A DNA stretch of 64,000 nucleotides, from NCBI GenBank assembly GCA_037127795.1, contig JBAXXQ010000001.1, forward strand, positions 515,687 to 579,686. Reading direction: 5' to 3'. The notes under the pieces were generated by a model, which saw only the letters and a list, made by a program, of their open reading frames with translations, was not told the DNA's origin and ran no database searches. The first letter of the stretch is position 1. Every line of letters begins with the position of its first letter. The translations under genes were made by a program, and so were the position numbers. Below, one piece after another: positions 21,237 through 30,992 of the stretch. Source of the DNA: a bacterium (GTDB lineage Bacteria; Patescibacteriota; Minisyncoccia; Phycocordibacterales; UBA9973).

Positions 21237-21779
21237 ATGTCTGAAATTATTTCTGATACCATTCTCATAGAAAATGCTCGTAAAGACAGCAATGCATATG
21301 GCGCAGTGATTAATAAATACGCGCCAATACTGGGAAGATATCTATATCGACTCGGTTGCACCAACATACAAGATCGAGAAGACGTACTACAAGAAATATT
21401 TATCAAGGTATATATCAATCTCAACGAATACGATACCGACCTCCCATTTTCATCATGGATATATCGTATTGCACACAATGAAGCAATAAGTTTTTTTAGA
21501 AAAAAGAATGTTCGCCCACAAACCATACCAGTCGACGAATATGAAGACCTTGTTCCTAGTACAGAAAACAGATATGAGCTCTATGATGTACAAATCTCCA
21601 AAGAGCGCCTCCTTGCAGGGCTCAACCAGCTTGATGAAAAATATCGCGAAGTACTTGTGCTACAATATTTTGAAGAAAAAAATTACGAAGAGATATCCGA
21701 TATTTTAAAAAAACCTCCAAACACTGTCGCAACACTTATACGACGTGCAAAAGAAAAATTACGAGTTATCCTATGTTAG
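21237..21779 (+). CDS. ECF-type RNA polymerase sigma factor (sigma-70 regions 2 and 4)
   Basis: Region 2 (EDVLQEIFIKVYINL...FSSWIYRIAHNEAISFFRKK) and region 4 HTH (REVLVLQYFEEKNYEEISDILKKPPNTVATLIRRAKEKLR). Confidence 0.85.
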   Translation: MSEIISDTILIENARKDSNAYGAVINKYAPILGRYLYRLGCTNIQDREDVLQEIFIKVYINLNEYDTDLPFSSWIYRIAHNEAISFFRKKNVRPQTIPVDEYEDLVPSTENRYELYDVQISKERLLAGLNQLDEKYREVLVLQYFEEKNYEEISDILKKPPNTVATLIRRAKEKLRVILC

Positions 21780-22459
21780 ATTTAAATAAAAAAATTCTCA
21801 ATACAATAGAAACAAACCATATCACCCCAAAACCTCGGTGGCAATTTGTTTTGAAAAATAATACTCTATGGATTCTCGTAGGAATTGCGACACTTATAGG
21901 AAGTTTTGCATTTGCTGTTATATTATTTATTCTTACCGATAATGATTGGGATATTTTTAGATTCTTGGACAAAAGTATTTTTGAAACAATCCTTATCGCT
22001 GCACCCTATATTTGGATCGCAGTACTCATACTTATATTAGGAATTACAGAAATAAGTGTCATCTATACCAAAAGTGGGTACAAATATACAAAACGTTTTA
22101 TTGCGTGCGTAAGTATAGGGATAAGTATATTATTTGGTACAGGGTTATATATTGCAGGATTTGGAAATATACTTCATGAAAAACTTATTGATCAAATACC
22201 TTGGTATGAAAATCTGGTATATACCAAACAAAACGAATGGTACTACCCAGAAAAAGGATTGCTTTCAGGTACCATAACAACACTTGGAGATAATACCTTT
22301 ACCATACAAGCACCGGATAAAAGTATTTGGGTTATTACTACAGATGCAGAAGTATTTGGAGAAGAAGATCTCTCTATAGGACTTCCGGTCAAACTTGTAG
22401 GAGAACAAACAGGCCAAAAAACCTTTGAAGTAGATGATATACGACTCTGGAATGACTAG
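21773..22459 (+). CDS. membrane protein co-transcribed with the ECF sigma factor; putative anti-sigma factor
   Basis: Its start codon overlaps the sigma-factor stop (ATGTTAG). It has 3-4 TM helices and an extracytoplasmic C-terminal domain. Assignment is by position only. Confidence 0.4.
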   Translation: MLDLNKKILNTIETNHITPKPRWQFVLKNNTLWILVGIATLIGSFAFAVILFILTDNDWDIFRFLDKSIFETILIAAPYIWIAVLILILGITEISVIYTKSGYKYTKRFIACVSIGISILFGTGLYIAGFGNILHEKLIDQIPWYENLVYTKQNEWYYPEKGLLSGTITTLGDNTFTIQAPDKSIWVITTDAEVFGEEDLSIGLPVKLVGEQTGQKTFEVDDIRLWND

Positions 22460-22546
22460 TGAAAGTTTTTCTGAAATCGTGCGTATTACTATATGTACCC
22501 CAAAAATCTGGTGAGTACCATTAATAGTAAATATAATATATATAAT

Positions 22547-22939
22547 ATGAAAAAATTAATTACACTTTCACTTATCGTTCCTGCATTCGCTATTGCTGTT
22601 GCAACAACATCATTCGCACAAGATGCAAGTACAACTACTACTCCTGCAGTTACTTCAGCTCCTACAGCAGCAGTAACAACAACTCTTTCAGATGCAAAAG
22701 CAGCTGTAGCAGCTGATAAAGCACAACTCAAGACAGATCAAAAAGCTCTTACTACAGCAGTAAAAGCAAAAGATAAAACAGCTATCAAAGCAGCTCGTTC
22801 AACAGTTGCAGCTGACAAAACAAAATTGAAAGCAGACCAAAAAACTCTTGCTGGTCTTACACCAAAAAAGGCTCACAAGGCTACAAAGTCAACAAAAAAG
22901 ACTGACGCAGCTCCAGCAACTACACCAGCAAAAAACTAA
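22547..22939 (+). CDS. secreted Ala/Thr/Lys-rich low-complexity protein
   Basis: Signal peptide MKKLITLSLIVPAFAIAVATTSFAQDAS, then an AADK..LK.DQK.L repeat. The track ORF starts 18 codons earlier, at 22493. Confidence 0.55.
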   Translation: MKKLITLSLIVPAFAIAVATTSFAQDASTTTTPAVTSAPTAAVTTTLSDAKAAVAADKAQLKTDQKALTTAVKAKDKTAIKAARSTVAADKTKLKADQKTLAGLTPKKAHKATKSTKKTDAAPATTPAKN

Positions 22940-22957
22940 TACATTAGTTTTCTCTAA

Positions 22958-22992
22958 AAAAGTCGCACTATCCAATAGTGCGGCTTTTTTTC
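22958..22992 (+). terminator. rho-independent terminator
   Basis: AGTCGCACTA/TAGTGCGGCT stem with one G-U pair, followed by TTTTTTT. Confidence 0.65.
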
Positions 22993-23231
22993 TTAAGAGG
23001 GTTTACAATTTTGATATCATCAAAACCTTTTTTAATTTTAGTAAAAGGAATACCTAATACCAAAACAGAGGATATTATACCTATAGGTATATACCTGTGA
23101 GGAATTTCTATATAAGTATTAATTAACAAACTAATAAAAAATCCCAAAAAGAACCCGCCGATAAGAAGTAATAAATATTTATTTTTCATAAAAATACATT
23201 TGCATGAACTGTATATAAATAAAACAAGCAA
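22968..23231 (-). CDS. small hypothetical membrane protein
   Basis: Two hydrophobic helices. Its 3-prime end overlaps the terminator hairpin, so it is doubtful. Confidence 0.25.
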   Translation of the reverse strand: MLVLFIYSSCKCIFMKNKYLLLLIGGFFLGFFISLLINTYIEIPHRYIPIGIISSVLVLGIPFTKIKKGFDDIKIVNPLKKKSRTIG

Positions 23232-23296
23232 GTCAAGAATGTATACAACTTTGACAAAAGCATATTTATATTATACTATATTAAAAAATAGTATTT

Positions 23297-23668
23297 ATGA
23301 TCAATGGAAATCACGCAGTTGGTGTATCACTACACCTTAGTCTTTGTTGCTTATTTGAAACAAAGAAACGGGTTAGTTTTTCAGAAAGGACAAATTCTTT
23401 TCTGAAAATAAACAAGACTCTTTTTAAAGATCTTGAAGATTTAAAACAAAAAAATATCCTATATAACCCAAATAGAGATATTTTATACAAAAAAGAAATA
23501 CTTCTCCGTATCCAAAAAGACTCTAAAAATCTAATTCTTTTTTTAGAAAAAGAAAAAGATCAGATACCGAAAGGTTTTAAAAATATAATAGTTAATACAG
23601 AGATATTATTAGGTATCGTAAGAAAAATTGATGCACTATTAACTACTATTATTACTACGGGTAAGTAA
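23297..23668 (+). CDS. hypothetical protein (123 aa)
   Basis: Complete ORF followed by a strong terminator; no motif recognised. Confidence 0.35.
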   Translation: MINGNHAVGVSLHLSLCCLFETKKRVSFSERTNSFLKINKTLFKDLEDLKQKNILYNPNRDILYKKEILLRIQKDSKNLILFLEKEKDQIPKGFKNIIVNTEILLGIVRKIDALLTTIITTGK

Positions 23669-23712
23669 ACAAAAAAGCCGCAAAGAAATTCTTTGCGGCT
23701 TTCCTGATTTTT
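23668..23712. terminator. bidirectional rho-independent terminator
   Basis: AAAGCCGCAAAG/CTTTGCGGCTTT 12-bp stem flanked by an A-run and a T-run, between convergent genes. Confidence 0.7.
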
Positions 23713-23721
23713 ATAAGAAAA

Positions 23722-24321
23722 TTATTTCTTTTTCTTTGCAACTACCACTTTTGATGATACTGCTTTTTTTGGAGCAACTACTTTTTTAACAGCTACTTTA
23801 GGAGCAGCTTTTGCTACTACCTTTTTTACTTCTTTCTTTACTTCTACTTTTGGAGCTACTACTGTAGGCTGTTTTACAACAGGAGCTTGTACAGTTGAAA
23901 GCTTTTCGATTGCACGAGTAAGTGCATCAAGCTTGTAAGAAATATCAGTCATTTGTTTTTCCAATTTTTCTGTATTTACAGACACTGCAGGTTTTGCAAA
24001 TTCTGAACGTCCAGCAAAATTATCACGAGGACGATCATTTCTTTCAAATGAAGGCTTTGCGAATGCGCGATTACCAAATTCTTTTCTAGGAGCACGGTCT
24101 TCTTGTTCTCGTTTTACACCAAAACAATCATTACAGTACACTGGTTTGCCACTAGTTGGGCGAAATGGTACATCACAAGATTTACCACATTCTGCACATA
24201 CAGCCTTGTATGTTGGCATATCGCCACCACGTTCAAATCCACCTCTCTTTTGGAATCCTCCACGGTTTCCTCCTCCGAATCCACCTCTATTTCCCCCACG
24301 ATCTCCGTTAAAATTACCCAT
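23722..24321 (-). CDS. RGG-repeat, zinc-ribbon and Lys/Ala/Pro/Val-rich (histone H1-like) tail protein
   Basis: N-terminus GNFNGDRGGNRGGFGGGNRGGFQKRGGFERGG; zinc ribbon MPTYKAVCAECGKSCDVPFRPTSGKPVYCNDCF; C-terminal KKEVKKVVAKAAPKVAVKKVVAPKK tail. Confidence 0.6.
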   Translation of the reverse strand: MGNFNGDRGGNRGGFGGGNRGGFQKRGGFERGGDMPTYKAVCAECGKSCDVPFRPTSGKPVYCNDCFGVKREQEDRAPRKEFGNRAFAKPSFERNDRPRDNFAGRSEFAKPAVSVNTEKLEKQMTDISYKLDALTRAIEKLSTVQAPVVKQPTVVAPKVEVKKEVKKVVAKAAPKVAVKKVVAPKKAVSSKVVVAKKKK

Positions 24322-24401
24322 ATATTTATTTAAATTTATTTTTTATACAAAGATGCCCTGCACCGATGTCTTATTACTATATTGACATATTACCATATTT
24401 G

Positions 24402-24668
24402 TTATAAAAAAGCAATAGCACTAGCTCCATCTCCAATAAGCACAAGCTTTTCTTCCCTTTTGAGGCGTTTTATCTCTGCTTCACGAGCACGAGATTGCGC
24501 GTAGCTTTCACACTCTTCTACATATTTCAAAACAACAGGACGACGAATCTTGGTATAATGCGCACCATTTTTTGCCGTATTGTGCTGACGAAACCGCTTC
24601 CGCACATCATTGGTCGAGCCGACATATAGTGTCGTATCATTGCATTCTAGGATATAGACATAAAACAT
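24402..24668 (-). CDS. GIY-YIG nuclease family protein (UPF0213/YhbQ-like)
   Basis: MFYVYILECNDTTLYVGSTNDVRKRFRQHN...GAHYT...EIKRLKREEKLVLI, a canonical small GIY-YIG domain. Confidence 0.8.
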   Translation of the reverse strand: MFYVYILECNDTTLYVGSTNDVRKRFRQHNTAKNGAHYTKIRRPVVLKYVEECESYAQSRAREAEIKRLKREEKLVLIGDGASAIAFL

Positions 24669-24802
24669 ATTTTTAGTGTACCACCTGAGTCATATTGATT
24701 TTTTGGTGAAAATATGATATTATAAAGTACACAAAGGTTTATCTGGAATACGTCGATTTCTTATATAGGTTTTGTATTTATAAAAAGTAATCAAAAAATC
24801 GT

Positions 24803-25003
24803 ATGACAGGAACAATCAAAAAAATCATTTCTGACAAAGGTTTCGGTTTCATTTCAGCAGAAGGCATGGGAAAGGATCTTTTCTTTCACAGTAATTCTCT
24901 CGTAGGCGTCGCTTTTGACGAACTTCGTGAAGGTGATTCAGTAAGTTTTGACACAGAAGATTCTCCAAAGGGACCAGGTGCAGTGAACGTAAAGCGTGCA
25001 TAA
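24803..25003 (+). CDS. cspA: cold-shock protein (CspA family)
   Basis: GTIKKIISDKGFGFISAEGMGKDLFFH, with RNP1 and RNP2 motifs. Confidence 0.9.
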   Translation: MTGTIKKIISDKGFGFISAEGMGKDLFFHSNSLVGVAFDELREGDSVSFDTEDSPKGPGAVNVKRA

Positions 25004-25020
25004 TCACTAAATCTTTTTTA

Positions 25021-25058
25021 AAAACACTCCGTAGCAATACTGAGTGTTTTTATTTTTA
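25021..25058. terminator. bidirectional rho-independent terminator
   Basis: AAACACTC/GAGTGTTT stem followed by TTTATTTTTAT, between convergent cspA and the FAD oxidoreductase gene. Confidence 0.65.
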
Positions 25059-26297
25059 TGCATTAGTTCCAGAAACAAAACCACTAGTCCAACAAAGCTG
25101 CAAAGAAAATCCCCCACTAGGACGATTTATATGGAGCATATCTCCAGTGATATACAAATTTTCAAATAATTTTGAACGCATTGTTTTGGTATCTATTTCT
25201 GTAAGTGGAATACCTCCATCAGCAACAACTGCCTTATCGAGACCGAGCAGCCCCGTAATAGTGAGCGGTAATGCCTTGAGTGTATCAACAAGTTCTTTGC
25301 GTTCTTCTTTGGTCATAGAGTGTACCTTGGTATCAGGCAAAATACGGACGATATCAAAAATCGCATGTTGCATACCGTGCGGCACAATTTCATCAATAAC
25401 ATTTTTTACCATTCTATTTTTATTTGCGTCAAAAATATTGATGATCTTTTTTTCAAGCGTGCCATGATCTGTATCAGGGTAGCTATCTATCCGAGCAGTC
25501 ACCAAACCAGTATGAAGCAAATCTCCTACTGTTGCCGCAGAATTCAAAATAAGTGGACCAGAAAGTCCAAAGTGAGTAAACAATAATTTCCCTGTTTTTG
25601 AAAATGCCTTTTTACCATCAACAAAAAAAGTGATTTTCATAAAAGAAAGCGATACTCCAGAGAGACTATGCCCCCAATGCTCTTTTGTCGCTATAGGTAC
25701 CACTGTCGGAGTCGAGTCCGCCACAGTGTGCCCCAAAGCCTTGAGCCAGCCAAAACCGTCCCCTGTAGAGCCTGTTTCGGGGTGTGAGAGCCCTCCAGTC
25801 GCGAGTATATAGCCTTTGGCAGTATATACCTCTCCCCCAGCAAGAACCCCTGTAATACGATTTCCGTCTTTGGTAATGCGAGAGACTTTTGTTCCCGGGA
25901 GGACTGTAACTCCTCCATTTTTCATATATTTTTCCATAGCCTTGAATACATCAAGTGCTTTTTCTGTGTGCGGAAATGCGCGCTTACGAGCTTGTACCAC
26001 AAGCGGAAGTCCAAGTTTTTCAAAAAAAGGAAAACAATCAAGATTACTAAATTGTGAAAATGATGAATATAGAAACGGTGCGGCTTTTCCGTAATTTTTG
26101 AGAAATGTATGAATATCTTCTTCTGCATTTGTGATATTACATCTTCCTCCGCCAGTGATTTTTAATTTCTCACCAAGCTTAGGATTTTTTTCTATAAGCA
26201 AAACACTTTTGCCAAGCTCAGCTGCTCGTCCTGCCGCCATCATCCCTGATGGTCCCCCTCCGATAACTATGACATCAAAAGTGTTTTGTGTTTTCAT
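25056..26297 (-). CDS. HI0933/BaiN-like NAD(P)/FAD-dependent oxidoreductase
   Basis: FDVIVIGGGPSGMMAAGRAAELGKSVLLIEKN Rossmann N-terminus plus GGGRCNITN, the family hallmark. Confidence 0.85.
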   Translation of the reverse strand: MKTQNTFDVIVIGGGPSGMMAAGRAAELGKSVLLIEKNPKLGEKLKITGGGRCNITNAEEDIHTFLKNYGKAAPFLYSSFSQFSNLDCFPFFEKLGLPLVVQARKRAFPHTEKALDVFKAMEKYMKNGGVTVLPGTKVSRITKDGNRITGVLAGGEVYTAKGYILATGGLSHPETGSTGDGFGWLKALGHTVADSTPTVVPIATKEHWGHSLSGVSLSFMKITFFVDGKKAFSKTGKLLFTHFGLSGPLILNSAATVGDLLHTGLVTARIDSYPDTDHGTLEKKIINIFDANKNRMVKNVIDEIVPHGMQHAIFDIVRILPDTKVHSMTKEERKELVDTLKALPLTITGLLGLDKAVVADGGIPLTEIDTKTMRSKLFENLYITGDMLHINRPSGGFSLQLCWTSGFVSGTNA

Positions 26298-26393
26298 ATA
26301 CTGCTAGACATAATACAGGAAAAGTTGTATTTTGCAATTTTATATATTTTGACTTTTTAGAAAAAAACTATAGGATGAAAATAAAACACAACA

Positions 26394-26933
26394 ATGAAAA
26401 GTAAATATTTAATTTTGTTCCCCGTTCCAGAGTCATGCAAAACACAGGTATGTAATCTTATGGATAAAATATCTATATACACAAACATAGATCCTCCATA
26501 CAAAAAATTGTGTCCACATATTACTTTTCATCGTCCTATAGTTGGTATCGATGAGCAAGTAATAAAAAATCTCGTACACAGTATGAGTTTGCAATCAAAA
26601 AAAACTCGTATCACTGTCAGTGGTATATATGCATTCGGAACACACTATATTGTTCTTCCAGTACATACAACAAATGCAATTGCAAAATTATGGACAGGAA
26701 TTCATAAACTTCTTGCATCAGTACCTGAGTACGAACACGGTGTATTTGATCATGACAATACACTTCATATAACTCTTGCAGAAAAAACTTCTGAAGTTTT
26801 TACAGAAATCTGGCCAAAAGTAAAAAATATTTATTTTACAGAAATAACTATCCCTGTAGAAAATATTGAATTGTATAAAAAAGAACCAAATGGTATATGG
26901 CAAAAAGTAAGTACCTATGAATTATGTTCATAG
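26394..26933 (+). CDS. 2H phosphoesterase superfamily protein (LigT / 2'-5' RNA ligase-like)
   Basis: Two H-x-T-x motifs: CPHITFHRP and TLHITLAEK. Confidence 0.55.
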   Translation: MKSKYLILFPVPESCKTQVCNLMDKISIYTNIDPPYKKLCPHITFHRPIVGIDEQVIKNLVHSMSLQSKKTRITVSGIYAFGTHYIVLPVHTTNAIAKLWTGIHKLLASVPEYEHGVFDHDNTLHITLAEKTSEVFTEIWPKVKNIYFTEITIPVENIELYKKEPNGIWQKVSTYELCS

Positions 26934-26967
26934 TAAAAAGAGACTATTATAGTAATAGTCTCTTTTT

Positions 26968-28482
26968 TTATCTCTCTAGATCTAATATTTCATCAATGCG
27001 GATTTGGTGTACAAATTCTTCTACGTGAGAAACAAGTATCATAGCCCCACCAAAACTAGAAAGCGCTTTTGCAATCACCGGCAAGTGACGGAAGTTGATA
27101 TGGTTTGTCGGCTCATCAAGAATTAGAAGTCCTGGCTCAAGCAATATCAAGTTTGCAAATGCAACCATACCTTTTTGCCCCTCAGAAAGTGCACCAATTT
27201 TTGTTTGCATATATTCTCCAGTAATGAGCAGACTTGCCGCCACAGAGCGCACACGATCTTCTGCAAAACGTTTTCCAGAGCTTTCCATAGCCTTTCTTAA
27301 TGATTGAAATACGGTGTCATTGAAATCAAGTGTAGAAAAATCTTGTCGGTAATATCCTACTCGCACATCAGGAGCAATCTTTGCACCTTCTGCTTTGCCT
27401 GTTGCAAGCGCTTCAAGTAGTGTACTTTTTCCAATACCATTTGGCCCTACGAGACGAAGGTGTTGATTTTTTTTCAAACTAATAGCTGTTTTACGAACAA
27501 CTGGCTTATGATTTTTGAGTACAGAAAAACTAGTGATATTCATTATTTCTCCAATAATATCGTCTTGCACAGGGATAATAAATGGACGTATAGTGCGATC
27601 TTCTTTACGAACATCCACAATATCTTCTTCAAGCTCTTCTGCTTTTTCTCGCATACGTTTTGCAACGAGACGCATCTGCCCTCCTTTAAATGCAAACTGG
27701 TTTGCCTTTTCTTTTTTTGCTTGAATCTCTTTTGCAAGCTGTGCGTTTTTCATATTCTCTTTTTCAATACGCACACTGATATCACGAAGCACATCATTGT
27801 AGTCACCGACATATTGTTCAATCTTTTTTGTATATACATCGAGATATAGCACCCCTTCAGTAAAGGCATTCAAAAAGTCTGCATCGTGAGAGATAACAAT
27901 AACTGTTTTTTTGTATTCAATGAGAAACTTAGTAAGGTGTTCAATACCAGCTTTGTCGAGATTGTTTGTTGGCTCATCGAGCAAAAGCAAATCTGGATCT
28001 TGTATCAATGCAGACGCAAGCAATAACCGCGCTTGTTGTCCACCAGAAAAAGACCCCACAATACGATCATGAATTTTTTCGTGCCCTTTGAGATTCACCA
28101 CTTCCAATACATCGTCAATACGAGGATCGATATCATATATTTTTTCTGTAAAACATGAAAGGAAAAAATCTCGCACATTAAGAGTGATTTGCTCACGAGG
28201 GATCACTTGTCGCCCTGTCGCGATAGTAGTACCAGGAGTAAGTATCACGCGTCCATCTTCTGGTTTATATGCTCCTGTTAAGAGATTAAAAATAGTACTT
28301 TTACCAGCACCATTTTGTCCCATGAGAGTAAGCTTGGCACCTTTACGTATAGAAAAATCAACACTATCCAAGATAGGTTTTGTGGCATTATATTCAAACG
28401 AAACCTTATCGAATCGTGCTATTACTTCTCCTTTTGACATAGTGGTACCCGAAAGTCCTACAATTATAGCACGGTTTGACAA
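26968..28482 (-). CDS. ABC-F family ATPase (two tandem ABC domains, no transmembrane domain)
   Basis: Two Walker A sites (GQNGAGKST, GPNGIGKST) and two LSGGQ signature motifs, separated by a charged linker. Confidence 0.85.
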   Translation of the reverse strand: MSNRAIIVGLSGTTMSKGEVIARFDKVSFEYNATKPILDSVDFSIRKGAKLTLMGQNGAGKSTIFNLLTGAYKPEDGRVILTPGTTIATGRQVIPREQITLNVRDFFLSCFTEKIYDIDPRIDDVLEVVNLKGHEKIHDRIVGSFSGGQQARLLLASALIQDPDLLLLDEPTNNLDKAGIEHLTKFLIEYKKTVIVISHDADFLNAFTEGVLYLDVYTKKIEQYVGDYNDVLRDISVRIEKENMKNAQLAKEIQAKKEKANQFAFKGGQMRLVAKRMREKAEELEEDIVDVRKEDRTIRPFIIPVQDDIIGEIMNITSFSVLKNHKPVVRKTAISLKKNQHLRLVGPNGIGKSTLLEALATGKAEGAKIAPDVRVGYYRQDFSTLDFNDTVFQSLRKAMESSGKRFAEDRVRSVAASLLITGEYMQTKIGALSEGQKGMVAFANLILLEPGLLILDEPTNHINFRHLPVIAKALSSFGGAMILVSHVEEFVHQIRIDEILDLER

Positions 28483-28504
28483 AAATACAATATATTATAA
28501 GGCT

Positions 28505-30367
28505 TTATTTCTTAAGCCATTTTGTGTACTTTTCAGCCATAGCTTCAAAACTTTTTGTATTTGTTGCGATAACTTCTTTTCCACTCACCATTTTTATTTT
28601 TGCATTCAATACAACAGGTTTTGTATACAGAGGAACATTTTCCAAAACTGCCAATCTTTTTTTCGCTTGTGCAATAATACTTTTTGGAGAAGCAGTACAA
28701 TCTTTCAAAATTGCATCTGCAGAAAGTTTTTTACCCGTAGCAAGTACTACAAATTCATTAAAGTTTTTACTAGCACCGAGCTTCCAAACATTTTGCATTT
28801 CTTTTCCGACATGTGGATTATCTACAATGTATCCATATTTTTTATAAAAATAATCCATCCATTGTTGTAATGCAATTTCTGCAAGTCCGTATCCATGATA
28901 CCCTGCTGAACTTTCAAAAGAATAAATGTGCGGTATATTGAGCGCAAGCAAAGAATCTTCAGATCTTTCAAAATATTTTTTAAAGTTCTTATATGCAATC
29001 TTTTTTACCTTTTCTACATCAAGCTCTTTTGCTTCATAGAGCTCTTTTTCAAATGTTGAAACAAACATAATACTATGCAATCGCAATGGGCGAAGCGGAG
29101 CAAGCTTTTGAACCCTTCTAGTAAATAGATCAAAAGGATATGAATCTCCTTGAGCATTTTTTGCATATCGCATACGCCATTCAATACTACTAAACAATGT
29201 ATCCAAAAACATACTTTGTGTTTCTGCCCATGCAGTAGACATCGGAGCATACTCATGATTATTGCAGATATCTTGCTGAGTAATGTTCAACATATGCGCA
29301 GCGTGTCCACCCTCATGAAAGAGCGTGTTCATCCCTATTGCACCAGAACCTTGCTGGCCAAATACTACATTACAAGTAAAGTTTGAACTTCCTGATTTTA
29401 TTTTACCATTTTCAAAACGAACCAAGTCTGGCCAATGACAAAATCCATTATTCCATTTACCTTTTCTATCTAACAAATCGAGCTGAAGCTCCCCTTTTTG
29501 AAAATCTATTCCCAGTGCTGCAAATGATCTTCCCCATCGCAAAAGCGCATCGTCAAATTGGAAAAATGGATCCTCTTCTTTTGAAAAATCCCCAGACATA
29601 AGAAAATTGAAATTCCAAGGTTTTCGTAATCCTGGTATTGTTTTTTCCAAATCTTTTATATCTTGTTTTGTATATTTTGTTTTTTCATACAAATCATCAA
29701 AAATAGAAAATAATTCTTTTTTTGTCATACCGTCTTCACGTTGCAATTTGTATTCGTAAAAATCAGTGTATCCCAATATTTTTGCATACTCATTACGAAG
29801 CGCTACCATATCAATAAGCTCTTGAATAAAGTCAGTTGCGAGTTTTTCTCTTGCATCAAAACATGCTTTTCGTATTTTTTCATCAGGATTGGTACTGATC
29901 ATTGTCGCCATCTTTAGAGAAGATGCTGTCACAAAAGTTTTTGTATAGGGATCAATATATCCTTCTTTTCTTTGTGCTCGTTTTTTCAAAAGTATTGATT
30001 CGAGTTTACTAATTTTATTTTTTATAGGAAGTGCTTTTTTAGGACTTTGATAACATTCAAAAAATCTACACCACTGATTGAGGCGAACAGACTCCTCTTC
30101 TGATGCTGTTTCCAATAAAATACCAATTTCTTTTAAGTACTGAGTATCTGCGCGAAACTCATCACGACGAGCAAGTGCTTCGTCTTTTTTCTTGTCTACA
30201 CTATGGTCTCCCATATATGAAAGCCAAAAAAGATCTTCATATTCTTTGTGTAAGGTAAAATATTTTTTATTTAAATCATCCAAAAATTGCACAGCTTTTG
30301 TTTTCATATAAATAACTATATACCAAAACAAAACCTTGGTAAATATAGCGTTTATTTGACAATACAT
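28505..30367 (-). CDS. M3-family oligoendopeptidase (PepF-like zinc metallopeptidase)
   Basis: HEGGHAAH HExxH zinc site; size and layout fit M3B. The real start is probably the internal Met (MKTKAVQFL...). Confidence 0.7.
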   Translation of the reverse strand: MYCQINAIFTKVLFWYIVIYMKTKAVQFLDDLNKKYFTLHKEYEDLFWLSYMGDHSVDKKKDEALARRDEFRADTQYLKEIGILLETASEEESVRLNQWCRFFECYQSPKKALPIKNKISKLESILLKKRAQRKEGYIDPYTKTFVTASSLKMATMISTNPDEKIRKACFDAREKLATDFIQELIDMVALRNEYAKILGYTDFYEYKLQREDGMTKKELFSIFDDLYEKTKYTKQDIKDLEKTIPGLRKPWNFNFLMSGDFSKEEDPFFQFDDALLRWGRSFAALGIDFQKGELQLDLLDRKGKWNNGFCHWPDLVRFENGKIKSGSSNFTCNVVFGQQGSGAIGMNTLFHEGGHAAHMLNITQQDICNNHEYAPMSTAWAETQSMFLDTLFSSIEWRMRYAKNAQGDSYPFDLFTRRVQKLAPLRPLRLHSIMFVSTFEKELYEAKELDVEKVKKIAYKNFKKYFERSEDSLLALNIPHIYSFESSAGYHGYGLAEIALQQWMDYFYKKYGYIVDNPHVGKEMQNVWKLGASKNFNEFVVLATGKKLSADAILKDCTASPKSIIAQAKKRLAVLENVPLYTKPVVLNAKIKMVSGKEVIATNTKSFEAMAEKYTKWLKK

Positions 30368-30401
30368 GCAAATATGTTTATATTAATAAAAATTTTAAAT
30401 T

Positions 30402-30986
30402 ATGAAAGAGAAAAATCTTTTAGAGGCCTTACGAGAAGGTCTCGGTCTAGTACACCAAGAAAACAAAGTATCAAACGTACATGTTGATGGTACTATACAC
30501 AATAGCAGTATTCAGAGTGAATCAAATGAAGAAACGTCTATATCAGACTGCGTAATCAATGAATTACACTGGAGCTATTTTTACCTACAAAATACCCATA
30601 TTGTAATAACAAGGACAGTTTTTACAAACACCACTATCAATATAAAAGACTGTGTTTTAAAAACAAAACACAAAGACAAAGTATTATCTATTATTAATGA
30701 TAGTACTTATAAAATGATTGATATAGAGAATAGTTTGATAGATGGCCTTTTTATTGAAAATAGTAAAAATGCAATAACAATTTGTTTAAAAGATTGTATT
30801 TTTACTAAGGATGTAGTTTTACTACTTAAGAAAAAAGAGATATCAAAAATAACTCTGGAAAACTGTATCTTCATCAACGGAGCAAAGTTTGTTTCGAATG
30901 GAACTGAAGATAATATTGATCTCACGATCGATACAAAGACTGCAAGAAACTTCAATGAGCTTGCATTTACCTACAAAGTAAAGTAA
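30402..30986 (+). CDS. hypothetical protein with an internal [DN]-C-[VI]-[ILF] repeat
   Basis: DCVINELHW, DCVLKTKH, KDCIFTKD and ENCIFING recur at 25-45 aa spacing, possibly a beta-helix or pentapeptide-like fold. Confidence 0.4.
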   Translation: MKEKNLLEALREGLGLVHQENKVSNVHVDGTIHNSSIQSESNEETSISDCVINELHWSYFYLQNTHIVITRTVFTNTTINIKDCVLKTKHKDKVLSIINDSTYKMIDIENSLIDGLFIENSKNAITICLKDCIFTKDVVLLLKKKEISKITLENCIFINGAKFVSNGTEDNIDLTIDTKTARNFNELAFTYKVK

Positions 30987-30992
30987 ATAGCA

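Noticed and set aside
28088-28870. 260-aa plus-strand ORF spanning the ABC-F / M3 peptidase junction
   Set aside because: Overlaps two well-supported minus-strand genes and has junk composition. Spurious.
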